From positions 1 to 64,000 of the IMG/VR virus record IMGVR_UViG_3300031521_000030: a DNA stretch of 64,000 nucleotides; one strand, given 5' to 3'. Below are positions 29,716 through 42,055 of this stretch, in pieces. The translations under genes and the position numbers were made by a program. The notes under the pieces were generated by a model. It was not told the origin of the DNA. It did not search any database and was given only the letters and a program-made list of their open reading frames with translations. Position 1 is the first letter of the stretch. Each line of letters starts with the position of its first letter. Origin of the DNA: a virus.

Positions 29716-31340
29716 CTAAAAGCAACGGCACGTGAGAACCTCCGGGAGCTTGTAAAAACCTACGGAATCTTCCACATGAAGTTGAGCGACCTGTTTCGCA
29801 TGGCCACAAATCCCGAGGCGTTGCTATACGTGCCAAACATCTCCCACGATGATTGCTATGCCATCTTCTCGGAGGTCAAGCATGCCGAGCGCATGAAGGA
29901 GCAAGCATCCCTTTGGGGGTTCCAGTATCTTCGCTTCTATTGTGCAATCATCCACCACTCCGAAAACTATTAACCAAACCAGCAAACTTATGCCAAAGCC
30001 AACACGCCAACCAACGCCAACCCTCCCGGACAATTACACCATCAAGATTGAGCGCAAGCCGGGGGAATCCCACCTCGTCCAGCGGTTCAAACTCTACCGC
30101 AACGGCAAATACATCTGCAAATGCGGGTGGAAGGTGATCAGCCGGGGCGCATTGCTCAAACTTGGAACCCTGCGGGCTATCCAAGATAATGACAAGCTAA
30201 CACCTCGCGCCATTGTTCCCGGCACCGTCGGGGCGCTCAAGGCCGCAATCAAGGACTCGGGCATCTTGCCAAAGCCAACCATCCTCAAGCCCATGCAGGT
30301 CCCACCTCAACCCATCGGCAAGGCGTTCAAGTATGCCTCCCTCAAGGATGTTAAACCCGGCCAAGTTGTCCTGTTTAACCAAGGCACCCACCTTTACCGG
30401 GCGCGGGTGGTTAAGACGGACGCCCATGGGCTCCTTGCCGACTATGTTGTGCGCGGGCGGTTCCCCCATCCCCACAGTCTCTTCATCGCATTGGATCAGG
30501 TTTGCCTTGAGGACCTCACCGATGGGCCAAACAATGCACAGCAGGTGGAGGCCAGCACATCGGGGGGCACGCCCCACTACAAGGACAAGGATAGTGACGC
30601 CCTCTCCTTGTCTGCCGCATACCTCAACAACTTGGCGGGGCGCATGGTTGGCCCAATGGGTCCGGTGGCTTATAAGCTCAAAGCGGTGGCCAAGCGGTTG
30701 CAGTTTATGGCGGGGAAGAGAACCATGGAGGTAACCCCCTATGAGGAGGACACCATCAAAAACCTCTTGCTTGCTTTCAATATGGATGACTCCATCCCGG
30801 TGCGTGAGTTGAGCAGTTGCAAGGGCAAATCCCGCAAAGCCGCTGCCCTGCGCATCCTCCATAAGATGGACCAGAAGGGTTAGGGCCATGACGCGACACT
30901 TCCAAATCAGTTACCAAACCGCAACGCCCGGACGCACAACGCTAACGGGCACCATCGTTGCCTACAACACGCAAGGGGCGCTCGAAGCCACAACGCAATT
31001 CGTGCGCGACAACTTCCTTGCCATCTATGAGGTCTGCAACCCCGGCCTCCCGCCGGAAGTCTACCGGGGGAGTTTCACCCCGGCCCACTATTATTAAGCC
31101 ATGATTATCAACCCACACCAACCGCAAGCCGAACCAAGGGCGGGGGATAGACCCCAAAAGGAACTCCGCATAGGGGAAGCGATGTGCGGGCGCAGCATTA
31201 ACAGCATAACCATGAGCGCAGCCGAGCTTATGGCCATGATCCACCCCAACGCCAAGACAAAGGCATGGATTCGCCAAAGCATCCTCCCAAGGTTTGGTGC
31301 CTATGATGCGAGCAACGTCAACCCCGACCCATACTGAGCC

Positions 31341-31517
31341 ATGAAACTCATCGACCAAGTAACCATCCTCCGGGAGACAGCCGAGTGCAATACCGCCGAG
31401 GAAGCCACCGCAACCATCCAGAGCCACCAATGGGCGGGGTGGCGCATATCAAACTCATGGTATGAAAATTCCAAATGGTATTACACGTTTGAGAAGGTTG
31501 TCGAAGAGGGGAAATAA
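31341..31517 (+). CDS. 58-aa hypothetical protein (below the ORF-track cutoff)
   Basis: MKLIDQVTIL...EEGK fills the gap between neighbouring genes. Confidence 0.6.
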   Translation: MKLIDQVTILRETAECNTAEEATATIQSHQWAGWRISNSWYENSKWYYTFEKVVEEGK

Positions 31518-32896
31518 CCATGGGCATCCCCAAACTAAAGTTCGGCCAATCCAACCTCGTCGGCGGGGGTGAACTCTTAGGGCGGGGGGCAAGGCCAATC
31601 AACTTCCTACTAATGCAAGAGCATGACTATGTAGAGGTGTTGCCCGATCAATATGTCCCCCTGCATATAGTAGCCAAACATCTCGTCGGGGTTGCCTCCT
31701 CCTATTGGTGGTCAAGGCATAGGGGCCAAGTCCTCCGCATCCCGCACCAACGCCATCGCCTTATCGAACTATGACAACCAGCTTCAACCCGTTCTCGCCT
31801 CCTATGGTGCCCGCACCCCAACCCCCCAAAACCAAATCGGCGGGGGTGGTTCCGGTAATGCCCATTAAGCATATCTGCAAGCATCCTCCGGGTAGTCTCA
31901 TGGTAGCTATTAAGCCAACCTTCCCATTCTTCATGGTATGGCGTTCAAGGAGCATTTGTAACTGCGACCTCATCGCCCTATTGAGGCAAGCCATTGAGGT
32001 GGCCCATGCCCAACCCGGAACCCCGGTAGGAGTCCCCCTAAGTAAAAGGGAACAATTAAACAATGATTCGGTTAAACGCCCCGGACTAATTGTTTCCATA
32101 ATTGCCCGCAATCTTCTGCGCATTGCACACCTAAAGGGGAAACCCGGCAAATGAGCAGCAACAAGCCAAACATGAACACCGCCCAACGCATTGTCCGGGT
32201 AGCAACCCTTGCCCTCCTAACCTTCCTCATTTTGCGGGGGTGCGATGCAAGCATCAACCCCAAGGAGGAAGTAACCGTCCACATCATCAACTCCTTCAAC
32301 GATCCAGCCCCAACCGCAACAACGCCCGCCCTCTAACCAACCCTTTCTATGCAACAACTCGACATCCATATCCAAGGCGACAACCGGGATGAACTGCAAA
32401 AGCATCTTGCATCCATAACCGCCCTTCTATTGGAGGGGCAAAACTCCGTGATCGTTGGGGGCAACTATAACTTCCAAGTCTCCGGCATCCCAACCCCAAC
32501 GGCCCCGGCCCCCGGTTATGGCAACGTCCAAACCTACCAAGCCCCGCCAACCCCAAGCCCTCAACTCCCCCCGAGGGAAGAGGTCAAACCGAAGACCCTA
32601 ACCCCGGCCCAACTCAAAGCCCTTTGCCCGGTTGGCAGCGTTGTCCGCATGGTTGCCAATTTGCGGGGGGCCTTGCCATGGGATACCTCCGCAGCAACCG
32701 CTGACCGCATTGTCTATGCCCACCCCGTTGCCAACACCTTCGCTTGCCGGTGCGACCTCCAACTCCCCTTCACCATTAGCCTCAAGACCGTGGCCATAAC
32801 CCAAACCGGGGACCTCATCCGTTTTGAGTCCAACCGGAGCCGGGCGCATTTCGCAACCTTCCGGGTCATGCCAACCCCGGCCCCAACCCCCGCAGC

Positions 32897-33355
32897 ATGA
32901 AGCTGATACCCCGGCCCGATTTGAATGAGGCGGCCACGTATGCCTTGGAGATGTCGGCTCCCTATTGGTCGGATGAGGCCAAAGCGTTGGGCGTTATTGC
33001 CCGCGCATGTGGCAACCCGGCCAGCAACCCCGACAATATAGCCGTGGAGGTCACAACGGATGAGGCCACCCAAACAACATCCATCCGGTTATTTATCCCC
33101 AAAGCACCCTCCCATCAACTGGACCTCGGGCGCATCCGGGTCTGCGGGACATGCAAGCATTTGAGGCGGGCGTATCCGGGGGCGGCCAATGGGTTGTGCC
33201 ACCATGCCAACGGGGGCTTCGCAATACCGGCCCTGACCGAGCACAAGGCATGCTGGGAAAGCCATGATGCTTCCGATGTTGGCCCGTCCCCAAAACCACT
33301 GCAACAAGTTGCACTAAAACTCAAACCGAAGGGCCGTGTCATTGACATGGGTTAG
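32897..33355 (+). CDS. Hypothetical Cys-motif protein with C-terminal GRVIDMG
   Basis: CGTC..C..C. Confidence 0.7.
   Translation: MKLIPRPDLNEAATYALEMSAPYWSDEAKALGVIARACGNPASNPDNIAVEVTTDEATQTTSIRLFIPKAPSHQLDLGRIRVCGTCKHLRRAYPGAANGLCHHANGGFAIPALTEHKACWESHDASDVGPSPKPLQQVALKLKPKGRVIDMG
33300..33313. repeat. 14-bp palindrome, site 11
   Basis: In CDS, near the end. Confidence 0.9.
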
Positions 33356-33358
33356 CAA

Positions 33359-33937
33359 ATGGAAGTATTCATCCGAGAGGTTGATGGGAGGCAGCATTAT
33401 TGCACCGTCGTTGACAATAAATACCCGGCGGCGGTTGAGGCATTAGAGGATGTCCACAATGATCTGTCCCGGCGGGGGCTTCAACACAAGTGGATCAAGG
33501 AGAGTGACCCAATAAATGGAGTGACCCTCCTCATGGTGCCCCTGCAAACCAAACGCCCTCTATCCCTTGCCAATCTAACCGGCCCGGCCCCAACCCAAAC
33601 GCCAACCCGCCCAAATGGGGAGCGGTTTAAATGCGCCACCTGCACTTGGTGGAGTTTCTCCTCCCGCGATAATGAGGGGTATGCAACCTGCCGGAGCCCT
33701 CATGCCAAGCAAACCGTTGTCCCCAACTTGAGGGGGGACCCGGAGCGCGGGTTGGATGTTGGCATGCAATACCACGCCCTCGGCGATTGCCTTGCAACCT
33801 TGCCAATCGCGGGGTGCTCCCATTGGGTGCTGGATGCGGGGGCAATGTTTGGCCCGGCCACCAATAACAACGCGGTCCAGCCCTTGGCAAAGACAACCAA
33901 GCCCAAACCAAAGGGGCGCATCATCGACATGAGCTAA
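33359..33937 (+). CDS. Hypothetical Cys-motif protein with C-terminal GRIIDMS
   Basis: CATC..C..C. Confidence 0.7.
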   Translation: MEVFIREVDGRQHYCTVVDNKYPAAVEALEDVHNDLSRRGLQHKWIKESDPINGVTLLMVPLQTKRPLSLANLTGPAPTQTPTRPNGERFKCATCTWWSFSSRDNEGYATCRSPHAKQTVVPNLRGDPERGLDVGMQYHALGDCLATLPIAGCSHWVLDAGAMFGPATNNNAVQPLAKTTKPKPKGRIIDMS

Positions 33938-34197
33938 TGCAAGCACGCCTTACATCCGGCAACACGGGCGACGTTTGGTTGGTCCTTGTGCCCGACAACC
34001 GGGAGGAGTCGGACGTTGACCTTGGCAACATGGCCGTGCGCTTTATCCGCGATGGGGTTGACCACCAAATCATAGACGATGGGTTGTATGGGCAAATCGC
34101 GGTGCGGCTGGCCTTTAAACCAACAACAACCCCGACCACCCAACCGGCTGGCCCCCTATTAGACGCGCCAAGGGTTCGTCTGCTGGACATGGGCTAG
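33937..34197 (+). CDS. Hypothetical protein with C-terminal RLLDMG
   Basis: Coupled to the upstream gene (TAATG). Confidence 0.7.
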   Translation: MQARLTSGNTGDVWLVLVPDNREESDVDLGNMAVRFIRDGVDHQIIDDGLYGQIAVRLAFKPTTTPTTQPAGPLLDAPRVRLLDMG

Positions 34198-34323
34198 GGA
34201 ATAGCATATCACTCCCCCCATTATGAACGCGCCAGCCAACAACCCCGCCAAAACCGAACTTGCAACCCTCTGCCGCATCGCCGAGGTAGCCCTTGCCACC
34301 CTTGCATATTTGTTAGAAACAAG

Positions 34324-34352
34324 TTGCCAATGATTCGGTTAAGGGTTAGGTG
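34324..34352 (+). promoter_or_regulatory. Conserved phage promoter, leaderless geometry
   Basis: TTGCCA-17-TAGGTG-6-ATG. Confidence 0.8.
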
Positions 34353-35341
34353 TCAGGCATGCAAGCAACCGCAACCCACCAACCGAAGGCCAAAACCAAC
34401 AAGCAACTCGTCGCCGAATATAAGGCGTTGAAGAAGGCATACTTTGCCATTGGCAACAGCCGGGAAAACATAGCCAATGTCCGCCGGGCGGTTGGGGAAG
34501 CCGGGGCCAAGGATGATTACAAATGGGCCAAACGCATGGAGGAACTCTGGGTTCAAGAAGCCAATGGTTATACTCGCCGTCTTGCAATTGTTTCCCTCCT
34601 AACCGCAAAGGGCATCAACATTTACGAACTCGTCTAATATGCCAACCCCAAGCAAAGCCCTGCCCTTTATAGGGGACGCCCGCTCGCTAATGGCAACCGC
34701 CGACCTTTGCACAACTAGCAAGCAGCAAGCCAGCAACCTTTATGCGCAAGCGGCCCGCATCCTTCGCGCCATCCCGAGCGCCGACCTAACCCCCCATGAA
34801 TGGGTGCAGGTTGTTAGCCTTTGGGAAGAATGTGATGCCGCTATTTGATCTTATGGCCGCCAACAAAGTCAAAGCCAAGGTGCCCAACAACAGGCACACC
34901 ACTCTCAAGGATGTTAATGCCATCCTCGGCCAAAAGATGCCGGGCGTGCTCCTCTATAAAGGCAAGGGCTACTTCTACTTCGCGGGGGAGGGCGCTGATT
35001 TCTGGCCCGAGACGATAGTTATAACAACCCGCCTCGGCATCATGTCCCCATGGTCTTGGTATAAGGAGGCCCTGCGGCTTTCAACGTCCCACCAACCATG
35101 ACCCTCACCAACCACCAACGGCAAGTCGTGGACCAACTCAAAGGGTGGGACCAAACCCGTCGCCCTATTATGACGGGCATCGCATTGCACCGCATCCTTG
35201 GGTGGCCGGTGCAAACCCTCCAACGCACCATCCGTGAACTTGAGGGCAAGGGGCTCGCCTATTACCGGGGCGGTTGCATCCATTGGCAACCATGGCAACT
35301 CCACCCCCTTTGAGGTTTCTGCAACTCATTGCAGATTCATA

Positions 35342-35370
35342 TTGCCAATGATTCGGTTAAGCATTAGCTT
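35342..35370 (+). promoter_or_regulatory. Conserved phage promoter, leaderless geometry
   Basis: TTGCCA-17-TAGCTT-6-ATG. Confidence 0.8.
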
Positions 35371-35376
35371 CACGGC

Positions 35377-35523
35377 ATGCAAGCAAACAACAAGCCAGCC
35401 GCCAAGAAGAACACCGCCAAGGTTACGCCCTTTGAAAAAGCAATCGGGACCATGTGCTACCCAACCCGCCGGGCCGCCAAGCCCGTTGCTCGCTCCTTTG
35501 GCCGCCAGTCCTACGTTGACTAA
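35377..35523 (+). CDS. 48-aa basic peptide, leaderless geometry (below the ORF-track cutoff)
   Basis: MQANNKPAAKK...SYVD, 6 nt after the -10 box. Confidence 0.65.
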   Translation: MQANNKPAAKKNTAKVTPFEKAIGTMCYPTRRAAKPVARSFGRQSYVD

Positions 35524-36051
35524 ACCCAACCGGGGGCCAAAAGCCCCCAACCCTTTTCCCATTATGGCAACCAAAGCCCCCCGCCTCTCCAAAGCCCACC
35601 GCCGGGCGCACCGCTACCTTGCCAACAATGGCTACGGGGCCGATGCGGTGGCCGAGTTGGACAAGCTCATTGCGCGGGATGTCCTTGAATGGGATGCGTT
35701 GTCCCGCGTGGCCGACCTCATCCCCGAGGATGCGCAATGGGAAGTCTGCGATTAGCATGGCCATGACAAAGCAACGCATCAATCGCGCCATCAAGCACCT
35801 CAACTTGGAAATCCAAGGCAACCGGCGGGATGGTTATTTCTACTTCACCGACCTAACAACCGGGGCGCAAGTTGGGGAGAGCATTATGGTTTGCTACCTC
35901 AACCAGCAACCATTGGAGCGGTGGGTCCAAGATGCAACCTCGGCCAATGCAACCCGCGAGCCCTCCAAGGATGATGGCAAGTGTTGGGAGGATGTCATGG
36001 GCTTCCCCTTGCCTACCTACCCGGACGATCAATCCTTCCCCCTTTAGGTGG

Positions 36052-36065
36052 TGCAACTTGTTGCA
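36052..36065. repeat. 14-bp palindrome, site 12
   Basis: TGCAACTTGTTGCA, upstream of a promoter. Confidence 0.9.
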
Positions 36066-36073
36066 GAAACCTG

Positions 36074-36102
36074 TTGCCAATGATTCGGTTAAGGGTTAGG
36101 TG
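36074..36102 (+). promoter_or_regulatory. Conserved phage promoter, leaderless geometry
   Basis: TTGCCA-17-TAGGTG-6-ATG. Confidence 0.8.
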
Positions 36103-37176
36103 TTGTGCATGCAAGAAACCACACTCAGCAAAACCCAAAAGCAAGCCCTTCTGATCTTCGGGGGGAAGGCCCCGGCGGACTCCCTGCAAAGCAATCACTT
36201 CCTGAACGGTTTTTCCGCCCTGATTCGCAAAGGGTTTGCCCGGCAAGAATACGTGGGTATGAGTGTGAAATCCGAACTGACCGAAGCCGGGAAAGCGTTG
36301 CTCGCCTCCCTCTAATAAACCCAACCGGGGGCTGGCCAACGGCCCCCCAACCCAAACGCTAAAGCTATGCCAAACGAACCACGCCTCCTCATGCCACCCC
36401 CACACGCGGACAACCCCTACAAGCGGGTTGCTGCTATGCTGCGGGGCCTTGCCGCCAGCGCCAAAGCGCACGGGCTAACCATTGCCCTCAATATCCCAAC
36501 CACCCCGCCGGTTGACTTCCCCCCACTTAACATTGGCGGGGGCAAAGCATTCACCTCCCCAATGATGGTGGTGCTAAAGAACCGCAGGGACCCCTTGGCA
36601 CGGTTGGGTGGCCTCATTGAGCATCCAATCACCTATTCCTTCCAAATAACCAAAGCCAGCAAACTCAAACCATAAGCCATGAAGATCATAATTAGCCCCT
36701 CGCGCAAAAAGCCTCTCCGGTTAGCCCCGGCCAAGCCAACCCCGGACCCCGTTGCATGGCAAGCGAGGCGGGCGATGCGGTTCCTTGCAACCCATCCCCA
36801 TACATTCATCATGCCGGTGAACTTGCAGTTGAATATGGGTTGGGATGAATCCATGCGGGTGGGGGCCATTGACTACCTCATTAAGAACGAGGGCATGCGG
36901 CTCGCTAGGACGGGCTGGTTGCATTGGACACAGGATGACCTCATCTCCCTCCTTTGCTCATTTGACCACTCCGCTATTGAACGGGGCTTCCTCGCCGAAA
37001 CCATAACCGTTGACCGCCGGACCTTGATGGAGATTATGTCCGACTCATCGGCGGGCATCATGGAACGCCTCATTAACCTCATCGAACCCGCCTAACCATG
37101 CACACCGAAACCGTTTGCACCACGTTGCCCAACCTTGACCCCGTTAAGGCCATCAGGGCCATCCACCAAGCATACC

Positions 37177-37190
37177 TGCAACTTGTTGCA
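37177..37190. repeat. 14-bp palindrome, site 13
   Basis: In CDS. Confidence 0.9.
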
Positions 37191-37878
37191 CTAAACGAGG
37201 CCAGCATGGGGCAACCCGCAACCGGGCACTTTGACAACCAGCCCTCTATCAAGGCCCTTGCCGAATGTTTGCATGATGCCGGGCACCCCGCCTTTGCCGA
37301 AGCCCGCATCCCAAACCGGGACTATATCCTCCAACGCATCCTCACCCATTGCGCCAAGCATAGCAGCCCAATTTCCGGGCGGGGGACAACCAGCTTGCCC
37401 ATATTGGCGGTGGCCCTCAATAGTTCGGTCGCCGCATTGCAAGCCCCCGTGGACCTGTTGGTTGCGGCCCATGTCTTTGACTATATCACCGACCTCATCA
37501 TTTGCTGGGATAAGGAATCCCTTGCCTATGACATCCCCCGCGTGTTTGCCCCATCCAAGAAGCCAGCGCAAGCCCAACCCCCCGCAACCGGGGGAACTCA
37601 TGCTTGTTCGGCTGGGCAAGGATGGCTGGGTTGATATGGTCATCCCCACCCATAGCTCTTTGTGGCGCGGGGGGAAGGCAATCTCCCTGCCTATTGTGGA
37701 ACTGAATGGCCGCCGGGGCCTTTGGTGGCTTGTTATGCCCGTGCGCTTTATGCGGGCACTAAAAGATGGGCTGCATTTGCCCAATGATGCTGTATCCATT
37801 CCGGCTTGCCAAATGTCCGTCCGTCGCCCGGCGGGTTGGCCAAGGGAAGGCCATGACATCCAATTCCACCTCCTTTAG

Positions 37879-37892
37879 TGCAACATGTTGCA
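37879..37892. repeat. 14-bp palindrome, site 14
   Basis: TGCAACATGTTGCA, gene junction. Confidence 0.9.
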
Positions 37893-38161
37893 GCAACATA
37901 ACATCCACCAACACCGGCACATCACGGACCCCGAGGAAGCGTTGGAGCACCTGCGGCTTGCCGGGCGGCTGACCAACCGGGGCGGGCACTATTTCAACCA
38001 TGGCCAGATGCCCTACGCTTGGAGCATAACCCACGCAACGATGGAGGTGTTGGTGGTGCGTGGGGTTGCCAAGGCGGTAATGAGTTGCCGGGGCGGGGCC
38101 ATATACGTGGTGGCCTACATCCCAACCGGGAAGCTAATGCGGAAGATTGAAATGAATCCTG

Positions 38162-38190
38162 TTGCCAATGACATAGTTAAACCATAGGTT
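38162..38190 (+). promoter_or_regulatory. Conserved phage promoter, leaderless geometry
   Basis: TTGCCA-17-TAGGTT-6-ATG. Confidence 0.8.
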
Positions 38191-40028
38191 CACCCCATGG
38201 CCACGATTACAGCGACAAACCCATTAGACGAAACCGGCGAAACCGAACTCGAAGTTGAGTTTGAATACTACCCCGGCAGGGTTAGCCACGACATAGAGCA
38301 ACCCGATGACCCCGAGGAGTTGGAAGTCTTGGGGGTCCGGGACGCAACCGGGGCTGACATTTCCGGCCAACTCAACGACCGGGAACTCAAGGAACTCAAA
38401 GCCGCATGCTGGGCCGAGGTTCGCAAATCCAAAAACTAAGACCATGCCAAAGACCAAGTCAACCGGAGACACCCTCGAAACCCTGTTTAACATTTCAAGG
38501 CTCGTCCTCCTATGCAACCAGCGGGGCATCCCGCCTTTCCTAAAGCATAGGGCAACGGAGGCAATCCGGGACATCGCGGGGGAGGCCAAGCTAAAGGAGA
38601 TCGAGGAAATTGCAGCAGCCATGCAAATGGACAATGTGGAGGCCAGCGCAGCCCCAACCGGCCACCTCGGCAAGCGGTTGAAAGCGTTGGAGGATCGGGT
38701 GCAGGAACTCGAAAACAAAGCCGATGACCACGATGAACGCCTTGACAGTGTGGGCCGGGACATCCAAGCCATTGAGCGCAACGTGGAATCAATAGGAAGG
38801 GAGAACGCATAATGCCAAAATTCACTTGCCCGTTCGGTAAAGGATGGGCCTACGTCACCGTCACAATGCGTTGTATGGGCGGGGTGCAAGTGCAGCACCG
38901 TCTATGGCGCAACACCAAAACCAAGGAACTCCGCTGGGAGACTCTCTAAGCCATGAAAGCAACAATCAAAAACCTCTGGGCCTTCCTAGCCCGCCCGCTC
39001 GTATTCCGCCCGGCCATCAACCAAGCAACCATCGCGGGGCTCTTTGTTGGGACCCCCGACAAGCCCTTGGACCTCCATTGCGCGGAGGTTAAGAACCTTC
39101 CCCCCGAGTTGTTCAAGGGTTGGCGGCCTTTGTGCATCCCCTTGGAGCAGCTACGGCGCGATGCCCGCTACCTCGCCAAGATCAAGAACAGCGCGATTGT
39201 TTATGGCACCTCCTTCCCGACCTTGCCCAAATCGGTTCGCAACCGCCGGGCGCAACAACGCGAGGCGCAAGCCGGTCGGAGGTTGTTCGCATGAAGCTCC
39301 AAAGCATTGTTTTCAGGCCGGTGGCCGAGGTTTACTTCACCATGCCAGAGATTGCCTTGATGACCCTTTGCAGCCGACGCCATTATGACGCCCATTGCAA
39401 GGAGGCAAGCAAGCACGGTGGATTCTTGTATGGGATGCGCAATGCCAGCGGGGCGGTTCGCAATTATGTCCATACGTTGACATGGGGCCAACTGGACACC
39501 CTTGCGAAGATCATGGAGGTAGGCAGCCACTTCCCTTGCCCCCACCAAGCCAGCCGGGCCTTTGCCCTTGGCCTATTTATCCACTCGGCCATGCGCCAAC
39601 TCATTGAGGCAACACCCCCGGCGGTCCAGATAGCCCGCACGCTTCTAAACCCAAGGGATAAGGAGGGCCGGTAATGCTTTCCTCCTTCCTCTGCCGTCCA
39701 ACCTCGCACAAGGACATCTTTTATATCCGGGGGCTGCCCATTGCCCGGTCGTTTTATTGCCCCAACCCAAACCCCCGGCGGGAGAACAACCCGTTGCATG
39801 CCCCCTTCTATCGCCACCTCGCCCGCTATAAGATCAACCACCGCCGACCATGACCGAACAACAAAAGCAAACCCTCGCTGAACTCCGCGCTGCGGGGTAT
39901 GCGGTTATCACATTCTCCCCCGGCGAACTATGTGGGGCAACCCCCACCGACATTGAGGCCCAGCTTGTCAAGGATGGCAATGAGTTGCTCGACCGGATTT
40001 ATGGTGGAGGCGAACGGGACTAAATCGC

Positions 40029-40042
40029 TGCAACTTGTTGCA
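40029..40042. repeat. 14-bp palindrome, site 15
   Basis: Upstream of a promoter. Confidence 0.9.
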
Positions 40043-40057
40043 GAACGAAAATAGCTG

Positions 40058-40086
40058 TTGCCAATGACATAGTTAAGCGTTAGGTT
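40058..40086 (+). promoter_or_regulatory. Conserved phage promoter, leaderless geometry
   Basis: TTGCCA-17-TAGGTT-6-ATG. Confidence 0.8.
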
Positions 40087-40333
40087 CACGGCATGCAACA
40101 AGCCGAATTTGAAGCGATCAAAACCGAAGCCTACAGCCGCTTCGCCGACGCAACCGTTCGGATGGGCGAGGATGAGATCATCCACGTTTACCTCTTCCCG
40201 ACCGGGGTGTTTGAATCCCGCTCCAACCCACTCTCAACCATGACCACCTCGGAGACATTCTTCGGCGACAACGACCAAGACGGGGTGGCCGAACTATACC
40301 GCGACCTAATCGCCCGCCGGGCGGCCAAATAAT

Positions 40334-41482
40334 ATGAGCGAAGATCAATGCCCAACCGGGGGGCCAAACCCGGACAAGCCAAAGATTGCCATGATGGGTG
40401 TTACGACCGGGCGCATTAGTTGCTCGGCGGGGCTAAACTTCTCCAACATCCCCCGCGAACTGTTTGGCCCCCCGGCCCGCCAAATCTTCATCCCAGACCC
40501 GCAGCCGGTCATCATTGAATGTGACCTTGCCAACATTGGCCCGGACCCGGTGCGGTTGACCGCAACCCTTGCAAGCAACACCGAGGACGCCTTGGAGTTA
40601 ATGCGGGCGGCGGTGCTCCGGGGGGAGGAGGAAGATATGAGCGCCGACATGTTGAAGTGGGAGAGGGGGGAGAGGTTGGCCTATATTGCCTTGGTCGCCC
40701 AACAAGACCGGGACGAGGCCGCCGACAGGGAGTTGGCGCTTAGAACCGGCAACGATGTCCTCCGGGAAGGCTACGCCTATGCGTGGGTCCTTTATGGGTT
40801 TGGCACTAGCCTTTGGGGCAGCCTTGCTATTAGCCCCTCGTTTGTCAACTTTGCCAAGTGGCCCCGCTCCGAGGAGGGGGAGGAGGTTGACCATTGGCTC
40901 CCCTTTGAATGTGACAACCAAGGGGGCAACGGGCTGGACACAACATGGGTTGAGGGTTTCTACCGTGAGGAGGTGGCGCGACAGATCATGGGCCATGCCA
41001 ACATCGCCCCCAACCAACGCATCCTCTACCGGGTTGACCCCCCGGTTTATACCACCGACTATTGGGGCGAGGGTGATGCGGAGTATGATTGGCGCGAGGT
41101 TGGCCGGGTTAAAGTATCCGCCCGCGCAACCAAGTGGCGGTGGGTTGAGTTTGACCGGGACAATAAGCGCATCAAGCGCATCCGGGCGCATAACAGGCGC
41201 ATCCTCCAACGCAAGGTCCTCACCGAGCTTGATAAGCTCCACATCATTTATTCCCACCGTTGCGACACGGGTTGCATGGGGCCGGTGACAAGCCGCACGG
41301 CCCGCCTATGCAGCAACGCCCGGCACTTGGGGCAGCATAGTTACACGGACCTTTGCAGCGTGACCATCCATGCCAACTGCAACTTCGACCTCCTCAAGAA
41401 GAACCTCGCCCGCAAGGCCCACGCCCAATACCCGCACATCTCAAGGGTGTTGGTTGAGGGTCTGCATGGCCGCTATTACTAA
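40334..41482 (+). CDS. Hypothetical protein beginning with a PolA-like fragment
   Basis: TTGRISCS..NFSNIP..RQIFIP..IIECDL. Confidence 0.65.
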   Translation: MSEDQCPTGGPNPDKPKIAMMGVTTGRISCSAGLNFSNIPRELFGPPARQIFIPDPQPVIIECDLANIGPDPVRLTATLASNTEDALELMRAAVLRGEEEDMSADMLKWERGERLAYIALVAQQDRDEAADRELALRTGNDVLREGYAYAWVLYGFGTSLWGSLAISPSFVNFAKWPRSEEGEEVDHWLPFECDNQGGNGLDTTWVEGFYREEVARQIMGHANIAPNQRILYRVDPPVYTTDYWGEGDAEYDWREVGRVKVSARATKWRWVEFDRDNKRIKRIRAHNRRILQRKVLTELDKLHIIYSHRCDTGCMGPVTSRTARLCSNARHLGQHSYTDLCSVTIHANCNFDLLKKNLARKAHAQYPHISRVLVEGLHGRYY

Positions 41483-41485
41483 ACC

Positions 41486-41668
41486 ATGGCCCGGCCCACC
41501 AAATGGTGCGGAACGTGCAAGGGCAACAAGCCCCTCGCCGACTTCACCAAAGACAAAACGAGCAAGGATGGGCTCGCCCGACATTGCAAAGGTTGCCTCA
41601 ATAAACGCCAAAACAAACTCCGCCAACGCCACCGAACACACTCCGGCTTTGGCACCTATGCCCCATGA
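41486..41668 (+). CDS. Small zinc-ribbon protein (endonuclease-associated type)
   Basis: KWCGTC..KPLADF..DGL..HCKGC. Confidence 0.6.
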   Translation: MARPTKWCGTCKGNKPLADFTKDKTSKDGLARHCKGCLNKRQNKLRQRHRTHSGFGTYAP

Positions 41669-42055
41669 CATTATCAGCATACAACCAGATGGAGGATGGC
41701 ATACTAGCCAACCTCCAAGAACGAGCCTACAACGGTGACAATGGGGCGGCGGCCACCGCCCTCGCCCACATCGTTAATGCCAAACGCCAAATCGGCGACT
41801 GGCAAATAGCCAAGGACAAGGAGAAGCGGAAAGCCGCAAGGGATGGAGGTGTTGAATGATCCTTCGCAACCGGGACGGCCATTGGATAGGCAAGGTCAGC
41901 GGGTTGGGGACGGACATTTGCTCCATCAACATGGAGTCCGACATCCTCAAGGCCGAGGACTTCACCGAGGAGCAAGCCAAGTTCCTTGAGCGGATTGAAC
42001 GGGAAAAATATGACTGGTTCATTGCAAGGCCCGTTCTTTTTAGGAAGGGGGCCAG

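Noticed and set aside
22970-38187. Shared peptides PVANDSVKP / PVANDIVKP and PLQQVA
   Set aside because: These are translations of the promoter and palindrome DNA motifs, not independent protein motifs.
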